DNA of 64,000 nucleotides from assembly GCA_963682135.1 (NCBI GenBank), contig OY821645.1, positions 1,152,001 to 1,216,000 of the forward strand. The letters are read 5' to 3'. Origin of the DNA: Methanothrix sp. GTDB lineage: Archaea > Halobacteriota > Methanosarcinia > Methanotrichales > Methanotrichaceae. Shown here piece after piece: positions 41,567 through 51,795 of the stretch (positions are counted from its first letter, which is position 1; every line of letters begins with the position of its first letter). The notes below the pieces were generated by a model, which ran no database searches, was not told the DNA's origin, and saw only the letters and a program-made list of their open reading frames with translations. The position numbers and the translations under genes are program-made.

Positions 41567-42094
41567 GCCGTCTGGTTTTGAAAATAGCGCTAAGCTAAAC
41601 AGCATGTTTTTTGCAGGGTATGCCCACGGTGCCCTTTTCTCAAGAGTTCAGGCTCTTTCCTGGGATTCTGCCTTGCCTCAGAATCATCCTTCTTCCCTCT
41701 GTTGATTGCGGCAACTTTATCGCTAAGACATTCCTGCAGCAATCTAAGGTGCAATAGCCCTCTCTCCATCAGCTCCGCTTCATTTTATTCTGGTGAGCCT
41801 GCCCCTCCATGTCTTTCAAGACATGCATTCCTACCAAGGGCGAGGCGTCATGTCCACCGGAAGGCCGCCATTCCATTCATCAGTGGTAGAAGCCATGGTA
41901 GCGGGCCGGTCGGTAGTTGAGTTGGGCTGGTTGCAGCAGATGCCAGATCAGAGATGTGGAATATCCTGGAAGAACTACTCCGAAGAGCCTGGCAAGTCCA
42001 TCATACAGGTGATCTGTATGCTAGGCACAGGAAAAAAGACTTTCTGGAACTGGGGGCTCTTGCCGCCCCCTTGCGATTCTACCCAGAGCCGATG

Positions 42095-43246
42095 CTACTC
42101 AACCTTGACGGTCTTATCGAACTCATCCTTTCCAAGGTATTGGGGATTATATTGAAATCCCTGATCCTTAAGGGCGGTGACATAGGAACGCAGATGCTTT
42201 TGGGACCCGGCGAGCAATCCCCGGTACATAGCTTTGACATCCTCAGCATGCGTAGCGTCCAGCTCTTTCTCTAGATCCATAATGCTAATCTCCTCGAAGG
42301 TGGCCGCCTCCTTAAGAGCATCCTGATCGGACGAGAGTCCTTTCGCCAGAAGCTCGTTGTGAATCTTCTGCAAGGTCTGATTCTGGAATACTCCTCGCCC
42401 ATCCTTTCCGGGAATGGTAAGAGCGTATTTGTCTATGATAGCTCTGGCCTGGTCCATGTGGCTTTGCTCCGATCTAGCCAGGTCCAGGAAAATGGATAGG
42501 CCGTTTTTCTCATAAAGGGAAGTGTATAGGTCGCGAGCTGTCTTTTCTTCCTCCCAGATGAAGATCAATCCCTCTTTCTCGCGAGTGCTTAGTACTGCGG
42601 CTGCGGTGACAGGTGGCATAGTCTGCTCGCCTGTCAGGGTAATGATTCCCTCGCCAAAGGCCACATTGTGCTTGAAGCTGAGATCAGGATTGTTGGACAG
42701 CGCCCAGATTATGGATATCGCCTGGCCAGGCGTGAAAGCCTTATCGAACTTGTCTCCCGTATTCAGCTTTCTCTTCAGCTCGAAGATGGTGCGACCTGCC
42801 TCTTTTCTGCCGGCAAATTCCTTAACGTCATCTGTGCCTCCCAGCATGGTATCTTCGACGTGCGGACCGTAGTTGCCGGTGCAATACTCGTCTACCGCCA
42901 CCACCCTGCCTGATTGCACTGAGGCCACGATTATGTCGGAGTTCTTCATCCATTCCAATGGCTCAAAGCCTATGGCCATCCAGCCGTCTGTGCTGCCGTT
43001 AAGGCCCAGGTAGAGATATTCTTGATCGTTCTTCCAGGAGATCTCCATATTCCCGCCGCTGTAGCCCTGCCTGGCCGGACTTTGCAGAACCATGCTGCGA
43101 GAGTATTCGCTATCACCCACGATGCCATCAGCTTTCCACTCCTCAGTGGCTGCCTTCTCTGCCACTACCGGAGCTTCTTTGGGCTGAATGCAACCGGAAG
43201 AGAAGAGCAGCAGACCTATAATCAAGGTGACATAAATTGGCTTCAT
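42095..43246 (-). CDS. lipoprotein with DOMON domain and DUF2202 ferritin-like domain
   Basis: Lipobox-like SSGC; GWMAIGF...M.NSDI (DOMON); EEEK.ARDLY, SEQ.HM and GS.KHLR (DUF2202). Confidence 0.85.
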   Translation of the reverse strand: MKPIYVTLIIGLLLFSSGCIQPKEAPVVAEKAATEEWKADGIVGDSEYSRSMVLQSPARQGYSGGNMEISWKNDQEYLYLGLNGSTDGWMAIGFEPLEWMKNSDIIVASVQSGRVVAVDEYCTGNYGPHVEDTMLGGTDDVKEFAGRKEAGRTIFELKRKLNTGDKFDKAFTPGQAISIIWALSNNPDLSFKHNVAFGEGIITLTGEQTMPPVTAAAVLSTREKEGLIFIWEEEKTARDLYTSLYEKNGLSIFLDLARSEQSHMDQARAIIDKYALTIPGKDGRGVFQNQTLQKIHNELLAKGLSSDQDALKEAATFEEISIMDLEKELDATHAEDVKAMYRGLLAGSQKHLRSYVTALKDQGFQYNPQYLGKDEFDKTVKVE

Positions 43247-43407
43247 GATGGTTATATTGGACTGGCGAATATATCAGATTATCGAATAAGTTGTTATTAC
43301 TATAGTCAACAGAGCGCATCAAGGGCTTTATGCTCTATTATTAGAAAATTAATTGCAAAACTATTTAGCTTAGCAGGTGATTATTAAGTGCACTCTGCAG
43401 AGGATGT

Positions 43408-43881
43408 ATGCCTGTTAAAACATGGGAAGAAGCGCATGTATTGGTCAAAGATTGGCTTATTAGCAGAAGCTTTTCAATATTAGTCGAAGATATCGACAAA
43501 GACGACATCAATTTCCAATTTGAGAGCAAAAACAGTTCAGGAATTGGATTTGCAGTAATCCAAACGAAAAAACTTCCTAGGTCTTTAATAATAGTATCAA
43601 AATTGAATTTCCATCAAAGACATCAAGAACGTCTTGACTCAATGAGCGATAAAGAACGCGAAGAAATCTACTGGAATCTTCGAAGGGATTTTATATTTAT
43701 TCCCGCAACATTTATGTTTATGCCTGCAAAATCACCTAACGCCATACAATTCTCAAAGGAAATCTCCTTCGATGAACTCACCGAAGGTAGGCTCACTGAA
43801 TCACTGGATCAGGTCCTGCGGGGCGCGGTATGGGTTATCTGGGTATTTGGAAGAATATTTGATGAGGCGATACATACATGA
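43408..43881 (+). CDS. DUF2299 family protein
   Basis: KDWL, L...H...L..MS..ERE...W.L and I..D.LT pattern. Confidence 0.7.
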   Translation: MPVKTWEEAHVLVKDWLISRSFSILVEDIDKDDINFQFESKNSSGIGFAVIQTKKLPRSLIIVSKLNFHQRHQERLDSMSDKEREEIYWNLRRDFIFIPATFMFMPAKSPNAIQFSKEISFDELTEGRLTESLDQVLRGAVWVIWVFGRIFDEAIHT

Positions 43882-44186
43882 GTGAGTCCACAACTGAGCA
43901 AACCTCCGATATTGGAATCGGACCTTTTCAAATGAATGTAGGAATTTCAAGTTATAGCCCGAGTCAGTTATGGTTCACTCAGGAATATCCTCAACCAAAA
44001 ACATCGAATTTTTCAAATTTTGATATTAGTAATATCATGAGCGATCCGTATGAATCGTCATCGCTTGTAGATTTCTTATGTCCTGATTTCTTTGTTAGAA
44101 TGCCATACCGAAAAAAAACCACAATAAACGCAAAGATAAATAGTATAACCAGAGGATTTCCAAGATTTCCTGATTTCGAGGATTGA
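43878..44186 (+). CDS. hypothetical protein
   Basis: 102 aa, overlaps both neighbours by 4 nt; AT-rich. Confidence 0.65.
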   Translation: MSESTTEQTSDIGIGPFQMNVGISSYSPSQLWFTQEYPQPKTSNFSNFDISNIMSDPYESSSLVDFLCPDFFVRMPYRKKTTINAKINSITRGFPRFPDFED

Positions 44187-44752
44187 TGTCAGAAGATGAA
44201 ACGTGGTACCAATGTATAAATGATAAAAATGTCCTCATGCAAGGTGATTTGATTTATGGTTGTCCTTATGTCATCCCTCCAAAAGATATATCAGTTGGCA
44301 CTGATAAAAATGTTGACATTATAGAATATAATATAATGATATTAACTCAGTCGTGTGATCTGGAAAAAAATAATCTTGATCACGTTCTGGTTTGCCCATT
44401 CTGGACTTTAGATGAGATCGAAGAGATCTATCCACAATTAAAAGATAATAATTTAAAAGAATCAACAAAAAGGGGATATCAACCCGCCTGGCTCTTGTTG
44501 GACAAGCTTGATGATGATTACTTGATTGTAGATTTTCGATACGCGTATAGCGTTCCTATGGATACATTAAAAATCCTGATAGATAGAAATCCAATTAGGT
44601 GGAGGCTAATTTCGCCGTACAGAGAATATTTATCCCAGGAATTTGCGAAGTTCTTCATGAGAGTTGGATTACCTAAAGGCATCCCACATTTTTCTAAGTT
44701 TAAGATCGATTACTGTCGTAAGTGCCCTGTGCAGCACACTGTTAGAGAGTAG
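44183..44752 (+). CDS. conserved hypothetical protein (QGD...TQSCDL...FFMRVGLP)
   Basis: 189 aa, recognisable uncharacterised motif set; AT-rich. Confidence 0.75.
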   Translation: MMSEDETWYQCINDKNVLMQGDLIYGCPYVIPPKDISVGTDKNVDIIEYNIMILTQSCDLEKNNLDHVLVCPFWTLDEIEEIYPQLKDNNLKESTKRGYQPAWLLLDKLDDDYLIVDFRYAYSVPMDTLKILIDRNPIRWRLISPYREYLSQEFAKFFMRVGLPKGIPHFSKFKIDYCRKCPVQHTVRE

Positions 44753-45027
44753 AATCCCTACTTTAGTCCATCGATGCGAAATCGGATTTTTCAACAGCAA
44801 CTGTTCCGGAGCCAATGCCACCTACTATTGATATTGATCTAATCTCATGGTAGGCTTGGATCGCGAAGATATCAAGGTCCTGCCCAAGGAGATCATCATC
44901 GCGGCTGGCGTGCAAGTGATGATTGTATTGCTGCCAGGATTCAAACCATATCAGACTTTAGCCAGGCGGAGGTATTGACATGCGCCGACCTGGATAAAAT
45001 GCCAGCAAAGACCATAAGCATTAGGTT

Positions 45028-46206
45028 TCAATTCGATGCCAGCTTCCTGACAAGCGGCATGATGGCCGGTCTTGTTCCTTTCGCGGGCGAGGCCTGTCCC
45101 ATACCCATCTCCAGACCCATGGAGCTCATCATCTCCTGGTTGAAGCGCTCAGCAATCTCATCGAAGATCCGCTTGTATGCCGGGCAATGGGGGTCAACGC
45201 CTTTTATCTCGCCGTTCGTGGGGGCTATGGCATTGTAGGGACAGCCTCCCCGGCAGTAGCGAATGTGCTTGCAGCCCTTGCATTCCCGATCCACATACTC
45301 CTTGAAGGCGCGCATGCGCACTCCTGCAGGCGACTCTGCCAGCTCCTTCTGGCTGGGGCGATCCCTCACATGGCCCATGACATATTCGGGCATTCCTACG
45401 AAGCGATAGCAAGGATAGATGCTGCCGTCCGGGCCCACGGCAAAGGTGTTCTCCATGCAGTCTACAAAAGTGCAGACCGTGCCCCGTCCGGTAAAGACAC
45501 ACCGGGCATAGTCGTTGATGTTTCGTACCTCTATGCGGCTCATGTTTTCCAGGTACTTGTCCAGCAAATAGACCAGAAGCTCGCCGTACTTTTCCGGAGA
45601 TAGTGCCCATTTGTCAGGCTCGTCGCTTCGCAGTGACGGGAGTGCGGGATGCAGCTTGAGGGTAAGATTATTTTCCAGGAAGAAATTAAAGATATCTTCT
45701 TTGAATTGCTCGGAGTAGGAGGTAAATGTGCATATGAACTGCACCTGCAGGCCATGCTCTTTTGCCAGTTCATAACCTCGCATGGTCCTCTCGTAGTAGC
45801 CCTCTGATCTTTGCAGGTCGTTTAGCTCCTGAGGCCCGTCCAAGCTGGAACCGATGGGGATACGATACTGCGCCAGGACATCGGCCAGCTCAGGAGTCAG
45901 TTTCCAGAGGTTGGTTTGCAGAGCAAAGTTGGGCTCTAAATGCGTCAACTCGTCGGTGAGCAGAGGTAGAGCCTGCCTGTAGAAATCGGCCCCGGCCAGG
46001 AGGGGTTCGCCCCCATGAAATGTGAATGTGACCGGATCGATGCGAAAGTCCTTTAGCCAGGCCACGGTTTCCTTAACAGTCTCTATGCTCATTACGGGTG
46101 AGCCAACCTCCGAGCTCCAGCAGTAGGCGCACTTGGATGGACAGCCCAGGGTGGGGATGATCATGACGTGAAAAGGCCTCTTTTGTCTCAACTTTTGTCT
46201 CATCAT
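45028..46206 (-). CDS. radical SAM/SPASM putative peptide-modifying enzyme (TIGR04083-like)
   Basis: CPSKCAYC, FHGGEP, and SPASM YPC...CxxC.....C.GGC. Confidence 0.88.
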   Translation of the reverse strand: MMRQKLRQKRPFHVMIIPTLGCPSKCAYCWSSEVGSPVMSIETVKETVAWLKDFRIDPVTFTFHGGEPLLAGADFYRQALPLLTDELTHLEPNFALQTNLWKLTPELADVLAQYRIPIGSSLDGPQELNDLQRSEGYYERTMRGYELAKEHGLQVQFICTFTSYSEQFKEDIFNFFLENNLTLKLHPALPSLRSDEPDKWALSPEKYGELLVYLLDKYLENMSRIEVRNINDYARCVFTGRGTVCTFVDCMENTFAVGPDGSIYPCYRFVGMPEYVMGHVRDRPSQKELAESPAGVRMRAFKEYVDRECKGCKHIRYCRGGCPYNAIAPTNGEIKGVDPHCPAYKRIFDEIAERFNQEMMSSMGLEMGMGQASPAKGTRPAIMPLVRKLASN

Positions 46207-46273
46207 TTCTTTGCCCTTCTACCAATTTTTATTCGTCAATCTCGAATGCGAAGCGTATTATTTAATCTATTCT

Positions 46274-47002
46274 CTATTCCTTAGTTATCTTCTCCGGGCC
46301 AACTCTGGCACGCCGCAGTGGTGGCAGCTCTTTCCATAATGCCATCTCCTCGCCCCGTATGACCAGAGCGCCATCGATGCCCGGATGATCAATCGCTTGG
46401 AAGCACTCTTGCAAAGGCCCATCTGCCGTTACCGCATTTCCCAGAGCTGTGGCCGCGGCGTCTGCCAGAGCCACATCATCCGATATTACTACTGCAGCAT
46501 CAGCAAAGCCAAAGGAGATGGATGGGCCCACGCTGCCTGAGCTGGTGCAGATGCCCAAAGGCCTCTTTCGCGCAGCGAGTTCGAAGGCCAGGTTTTGGAT
46601 GGGCGAGCTGCCCGCATATATTCCTGCTACTATGGGTTGATCATTCAGAATGCAGATGTCTCCGCCGTTATCCACCATGGCATAGGTTGCTCCTTCATCC
46701 ATCATGGCCTGTACGGCAAATCCGGCAATAGCGCCAGCTACTGCCGCCATGGGGCCTATGCGAAAGACGGCGCTTCTCTCTATCATCTGCTTGACGATTT
46801 GCGGGGCGTTATCCGCCGCCAGGTCGTAAGGCTCCAGAGTTATCTGAAAAAAAGGGTCCTTTCGTATAAAATCCTCCAGATAGCAGCGCTGCTCTCGTAT
46901 GGATTGCCTGGCCGCATCGATGTGCTTCTCCTCTCTGGCGAAGATGGTGACAATGGTCTCTTTTAGCTGGAAATGCTCCCGCATAATTTCAAGCATGGCC
47001 AC
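46274..47002 (-). CDS. UPF0280 (ApbE-like) protein
   Basis: GPMAAVAG, DNGGDI, CTSSG.VG.SISFG.AD and ADAAAT motifs. Confidence 0.93.
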   Translation of the reverse strand: MAMLEIMREHFQLKETIVTIFAREEKHIDAARQSIREQRCYLEDFIRKDPFFQITLEPYDLAADNAPQIVKQMIERSAVFRIGPMAAVAGAIAGFAVQAMMDEGATYAMVDNGGDICILNDQPIVAGIYAGSSPIQNLAFELAARKRPLGICTSSGSVGPSISFGFADAAVVISDDVALADAAATALGNAVTADGPLQECFQAIDHPGIDGALVIRGEEMALWKELPPLRRARVGPEKITKE

Positions 47003-48253
47003 TCACAACCAGCGTGCTCCAGACAGACCCGCCCTGGCTATTGTCTCCTTCTTTGCTCGCAGCCGGACAATCAACTCATCTTCATAGCTTACCGACAACA
47101 GCTCAGCGGTCTCGTAGAGCCGGGAAAGCTCCGAGAGGCCCTGTGCTGTGTAAGGCAGAGTGAGTTTATACTCCTGCAATGGCAGCAGACGCTGAGAGAT
47201 GCACTCTTCCAGCACTCCCAGGCCCTGGCCGGTAACGGCCGAGGCAAAAACAGGATATGGGGCCAAATCCCGGATCAGCTCCACCAACTCCTCTGCCTTG
47301 CCCTCTTCCAGCCGGTCCGCCTTGTTCAGAACGGTCACTATGGGCGCAGAGACCTCGCAGTCCCAGAGTGCTTTGTGCGAGGCCGCCAATTTACGTCGCA
47401 ACAATTCCGGCGGATCGCTACCGTCCGCTACGAGAAGCACCAGATCCGCCTCAGATATCTCAGAAAGAGTGGACCTGAAGGCCTTTATGAGGAAGTGGGG
47501 CAGATCGTCAATGAAGCCGACGGTATCTGTGAGGAGGACCTTTCTGCCCATAACCTCCCGCGCCCGGGTAGTGGGCGAAAGAGTAGTAAAAGGCTGGTCC
47601 TTGGCTTCTACCTTAGAACCGGTGAGGGCGTTGAGCAACGTAGACTTGCCGGCGTTGGTATAGCCGGCCAGGGCCACCAGATCAAAGCCCTGCTCTCTGC
47701 GCCGCTGCCGTCTATCCTCGCCCATGTTCTCCACATTTGCGAGCTCAGTGCGGATCTTGGCCATTCTTCCCCGGATGTCGTGGTACATGGACTGCTCATA
47801 AGCTCCGGCGCCCCGAAATCCCGGCTGCTCGCCACGCTTTTTCAGGGCGAGGGCATTTTTTACCTGGGGGGCATCATAGCTGAGCTTTGCCAGTTCTACC
47901 TGCAGTTTTGCCTCTCGGGTGGAGGCACGGGTGGAAAAGATCTCTAAAATGAGGTTGAACCTGTCCAGCACCCTGGCAGAAAACTCGCTTGTGATATTGA
48001 ATACCTGGTTGGGGCTGAGTGCATTGTAGAAAATCAGTTTTTCCGGATGGTAGCTCAAGGCCTCTTCGATCTTTCCCCGTCCCATCTGGAAGCGAGAGTC
48101 CCGGCTCCTGCGCTGGAAAACCTCCGCTAAGACCCGATATCCGGCTGCTTGTGCCAGGCCGCGAAGCTCTATCATCTTATATGCATCTGGCGACTTGATC
48201 GGGTTTTCTCGCATTAGCAGGACGGCGGTCTTTTCTTCATTCATCACTTTCAA
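47003..48253 (-). CDS. hflX: GTPase HflX
   Basis: LILEIF..RA...EAKLQVELA, GYTNAGKSTL, DTVGF and NKAD motifs. Confidence 0.97.
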   Translation of the reverse strand: MKVMNEEKTAVLLMRENPIKSPDAYKMIELRGLAQAAGYRVLAEVFQRRSRDSRFQMGRGKIEEALSYHPEKLIFYNALSPNQVFNITSEFSARVLDRFNLILEIFSTRASTREAKLQVELAKLSYDAPQVKNALALKKRGEQPGFRGAGAYEQSMYHDIRGRMAKIRTELANVENMGEDRRQRRREQGFDLVALAGYTNAGKSTLLNALTGSKVEAKDQPFTTLSPTTRAREVMGRKVLLTDTVGFIDDLPHFLIKAFRSTLSEISEADLVLLVADGSDPPELLRRKLAASHKALWDCEVSAPIVTVLNKADRLEEGKAEELVELIRDLAPYPVFASAVTGQGLGVLEECISQRLLPLQEYKLTLPYTAQGLSELSRLYETAELLSVSYEDELIVRLRAKKETIARAGLSGARWL

Positions 48254-48265
48254 TCATCTCGTGCA

Positions 48266-48616
48266 TCAATGATAAGCCTTCGGCCTGCTACGGATATAAT
48301 GGGCCATCTCCACCGCCGTCCTTTCGGCTATGGTCTCAGGATACTTGAAGTCCCTGCCCAGGATGCTTTTCACCCTCCAGATCTCCATGTTGTAGAGGTC
48401 ACCGGATTCAGCGACGATTGTTCCGGGAAGGCACATGCACGCTTCGCTTAAGAAGTCGAGGATGACATTGAGGTCCAACGCCCTGGTAACACGAGGTATC
48501 TGCCTCACCGAGTAAATTTTTTCAACAAAATTGGGGGATATGCGGGCTGAGACAACGGCGCATACCATCTTGTATCTGCCGCTTTCAGCATGCCTGCCCG
48601 AGATATCAATTGCCAC
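48266..48616 (-). CDS. DUF2209 family protein
   Basis: AIDISGRH....Y.MVCA and ER.A.E.AH motifs. Confidence 0.8.
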   Translation of the reverse strand: MAIDISGRHAESGRYKMVCAVVSARISPNFVEKIYSVRQIPRVTRALDLNVILDFLSEACMCLPGTIVAESGDLYNMEIWRVKSILGRDFKYPETIAERTAVEMAHYIRSRPKAYH

Positions 48617-48629
48617 TATGTCTATTTAT

Positions 48630-49268
48630 TCAACCCCTTCTGATGATGGCATGCTGGTTTACTATTGCAGTAGCCTCTTGCTGAGTCAGGCCTGCGCCCA
48701 TAGCGATCTCAATAGCTCTCTTGCTGTTTATAAGATCCCGAGGAGAGTGGCTATCCGTGTCCACCACCATTTTAGCTCCTGCCAGCTTTGCCATGCGCAC
48801 CACATGGCCGTTGGTGATGTTGTGGCCAGAGCGAGATGTTATCTCCAGACAGACATTATTCTCGCGGGCAAGCTGTGCCTCTTCCTGGGTGATGAAGCCG
48901 GGGTGAGCCAATATGTCCACTCTTGCTTCAATCGCCGCCCTATTTGTGCCCGGCTGGACAGGCTCCACAGGCGTCTCGCCATGCACAACCACGATCTCAG
49001 CCCCCAGCTGGCGGGCCACTGCCGCCAACGGCCCGATCTTGGCTGGTGGAACATGAGTCAGTTCCACTCCCACCAGGACTTTGATATCCGATACCTCTTC
49101 GAAATATTTTATTTTAGAGACACAGGATAAGATGTGCTCTATATTTGTATAATCCGCATGATCGGTTATGCCGATGGCCGTGTATCCCAGAACCTGCGCC
49201 CTTCGCACCAGCTCGGAAGGAATGAGTTCGCCATCACTGAAAGTGGTATGTGTATGCAGATCGATCAT
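48630..49268 (-). CDS. PHP-domain hydrolase (histidinol phosphatase-like)
   Basis: DLHTH..SDG, ITDH, HGET, LAHP and TDSH motifs. Confidence 0.92.
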   Translation of the reverse strand: MIDLHTHTTFSDGELIPSELVRRAQVLGYTAIGITDHADYTNIEHILSCVSKIKYFEEVSDIKVLVGVELTHVPPAKIGPLAAVARQLGAEIVVVHGETPVEPVQPGTNRAAIEARVDILAHPGFITQEEAQLARENNVCLEITSRSGHNITNGHVVRMAKLAGAKMVVDTDSHSPRDLINSKRAIEIAMGAGLTQQEATAIVNQHAIIRRG

Positions 49269-49269
49269 A

Positions 49270-49572
49270 TTAGTGGCTCTTCTTCTTGTATTTTGCCTTC
49301 ATGGAGCCGGCAATTCTCTTCAAGACGGCGGATTTGGAAGCCTTCTTGGAAAGCAGTATCCTACCGGAAGCCTCTTCCAGGTGCCAGGTCTTGGGGTGCT
49401 TCTTCTCGCGTTCAATCTCCGGCTTGAAACCGGATTTCAGTGAGGCTGTGATCAACATATCCAGGTTCGGCTCATTGACGGCATCTTGACGGGAAACCAT
49501 TCTGCCTTCCGACCTGGTGCGAGCTATGTCGAAGTAGATCGGCCATATGACAAGTTTGTCCTTCTCGGGCAT
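49270..49572 (-). CDS. srp19: signal recognition particle protein Srp19
   Basis: VIWP.YFD..RTRSEGR.V, HP..W....GR. Confidence 0.93.
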   Translation of the reverse strand: MPEKDKLVIWPIYFDIARTRSEGRMVSRQDAVNEPNLDMLITASLKSGFKPEIEREKKHPKTWHLEEASGRILLSKKASKSAVLKRIAGSMKAKYKKKSH

Positions 49573-49664
49573 AGATCAGTTTAATTGCCGCATCATTAAT
49601 GTATTCTCCGGCACGAAAAGTCTTTTAGCCTTGTTCAGCCATTATTCATTGGAGCAATCAAATA

Positions 49665-50573
49665 ATGAGCGAAGAGACTTTTCCCGTTGCCAATGTCGGT
49701 GGAAAGGAAATTCCATATGACCCGGATCAGCTCAGACGGATCCAGGAGCACCCATGCTTCAGTGAGAAGGCTTGCCATGCCTTTGGCAGAATGCACCTGG
49801 CTGTGGCCCCCAAGTGCAACATCCAGTGCAAGTACTGCGTGCGGGACTTCGATTGTGTTAATGAGTCCCGACCAGGGGTGACTTCTCAAGTTCTCAAGCC
49901 AAAAGAAGCAATCGATCGCGTGGACGAGGTGCTGGAGAAGTATCACTACATCAAAGTAGTCGCGATAGCGGGGCCAGGTGAGCCTTTGGCCAATGAGGAG
50001 ACATTTGAGACTCTGCGCCTGGTGGGCGAGAAATATCCGGGGGTCATCCTCTGCCTCAGCACCAATGGACTGCTTCTGCCCGACAAGATCGAGGAGCTGG
50101 ACCGTTTGGGTGTCTCTAACATCACAGTTACAATGAATGCCATAGATCCCGAGATCGGCCAGCAGATCTACGACTATGTGACCTATCAGGGCAAGAGATA
50201 CGAAGGCCTGGAGGCGGCAACCATCCTGCGCGACCACCAGCTCAAAGGCATCGAAGAGGCACTTAAGCTGAAAAAGATTGTGAAGGTTAATACCGTTCTG
50301 ATTCCCGGCATCAACGACAAACATGTCTTCGACATCGCCCGCAAGATCAAGTCTATGGGCGTCTATATCCATAATGTCATGCCGCTCATTCCCCAGTACA
50401 AGTTCGCCCACATCAAGCCCCCCTCGCCTGAGGAGAAAAGAAAGATCCAGGAGGAGCTGGGCAAGATCATCAAGCAGATGAAGCATTGCCGGCAGTGCCG
50501 CTCCGATGCCATTGGCAAGCTGGGATGCGATGTGCAGCAGGAGTTTCAGAGCCGAACCAAGGAACAGGGATAG
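49665..50573 (+). CDS. nifB: NifB-type radical SAM protein (radical SAM domain only)
   Basis: HPC, CNIQCKYC, NESRPG, AGPGEP and HCRQCR.DA, the NifB fingerprints. Confidence 0.88.
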   Translation: MSEETFPVANVGGKEIPYDPDQLRRIQEHPCFSEKACHAFGRMHLAVAPKCNIQCKYCVRDFDCVNESRPGVTSQVLKPKEAIDRVDEVLEKYHYIKVVAIAGPGEPLANEETFETLRLVGEKYPGVILCLSTNGLLLPDKIEELDRLGVSNITVTMNAIDPEIGQQIYDYVTYQGKRYEGLEAATILRDHQLKGIEEALKLKKIVKVNTVLIPGINDKHVFDIARKIKSMGVYIHNVMPLIPQYKFAHIKPPSPEEKRKIQEELGKIIKQMKHCRQCRSDAIGKLGCDVQQEFQSRTKEQG

Positions 50574-50748
50574 GCTTTTAGCTCAGTTCTTAGCTTTCCT
50601 TTTTCCGTCTTGCTTTTTATTATCATATGTTAATGTGGCTTATCAAGGCCTGATTTATCCTTCTGGAAGTTCGCCTCAATTAAAAATCATTAAATAGTAA
50701 CATCCAAGAGTTGATGACAATTGCAAAAAATGTTCGGTGGTTATGGGC

Positions 50749-51180
50749 ATGAAAATAGTCTTGGTATGCATTCTTCTATTATTACCATGGATATGTGTGG
50801 ACTGTGTAAGCGCAGACACAATCTCTGCACAGATTGATTCGTTCGATTTCCCATCAGGGGACTGGTACCGAGGGTCCAATCAGGGAGGTGCCAATGTCTG
50901 GATAAAAAATACGGGTGATGTTGGCCATCTGTTTTGGGTCTCCTATGAAGTGATGGACAGAAGGGGCCAGTGGTACAGTGCGCCTCCTGAGTCGGTATAT
51001 GCCGAGCCTGGCGACAGCACCTATTTTGTCAACCCTGTCTGGCATATTCCTGATGATGCAGAGCTGGGCAGCTACCAGGCAGATTTTTACTTGTATAGTT
51101 ATTATGATAGCAATACCGGGGAGTTTTCTGAACAGCTGGATCAGGTTGACCTGGCTGGCGCATTTAGCGTCGTGGGGTGA
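50749..51180 (+). CDS. secreted hypothetical protein (Ig-like)
   Basis: Signal peptide; IKNTGD and W.IP.DA..G.Y. Confidence 0.7.
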   Translation: MKIVLVCILLLLPWICVDCVSADTISAQIDSFDFPSGDWYRGSNQGGANVWIKNTGDVGHLFWVSYEVMDRRGQWYSAPPESVYAEPGDSTYFVNPVWHIPDDAELGSYQADFYLYSYYDSNTGEFSEQLDQVDLAGAFSVVG

Positions 51181-51372
51181 GGAGATCGGAGGATAGGCAA
51201 ATATTTTTTTAGGCGTTGGCGTGTTGCTGATGAAGAATCGCGGCCTTGACTTCGTTAGTTTCAATTTTTAAAATGAATACCCCGCAGAGGGCTGCGGTTT
51301 GGATGGTCAGGAGTTCCTCCCATCTGCCCAACGTCACGAGCCTATTTATCTGTAAACCGCGAATAAAGGTCT

Positions 51373-51744
51373 ATGAAACAAATGGCTCTGCTTCTTGTCA
51401 TCTCCATGATCGCATGTAGCCCTGCCGTATTGGCCCAAGGCTGCGACTGGAGTGGCGCCTGGATCACCGGTTGGACCGGTCAAAGTGCTCCGAGTAATGT
51501 GAATATGAATCTTCGCGAGGTTTCGCCGAATACCTTTGCAGGAACTTATGAGCATGATGAAGGACAAATTGTTGATGCTACGGCGAACGGCAATGTGTTG
51601 AGCGGCACTTGGATTCAATCTGGTGGAGAGCATACAGGTGGTTTCGAGTTTCGCATGAGTGCAGATTGCAGCTCATTTGCAGGTACCTGGACTTCTGACG
51701 AAGCTGGTATCGGGGGTGGGGAATGGAATGGTCAGAGGCCGTAG
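51373..51744 (+). CDS. small secreted putative beta-barrel protein
   Basis: Signal peptide; CDWSGAW...GTW...DCSSFAGTW...WNG.R. Confidence 0.75.
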   Translation: MKQMALLLVISMIACSPAVLAQGCDWSGAWITGWTGQSAPSNVNMNLREVSPNTFAGTYEHDEGQIVDATANGNVLSGTWIQSGGEHTGGFEFRMSADCSSFAGTWTSDEAGIGGGEWNGQRP

Positions 51745-51795
51745 GTCTAATGCCCTCTGCTTAAAATTGATTTCTTTTTACAGGATGATGCGTAT

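Noticed and set aside
41702-42274. Overlapping short ORFs after mcrA
   Set aside because: No motifs, mutually overlapping, and partly antisense to the DOMON gene; probably spurious or debris.
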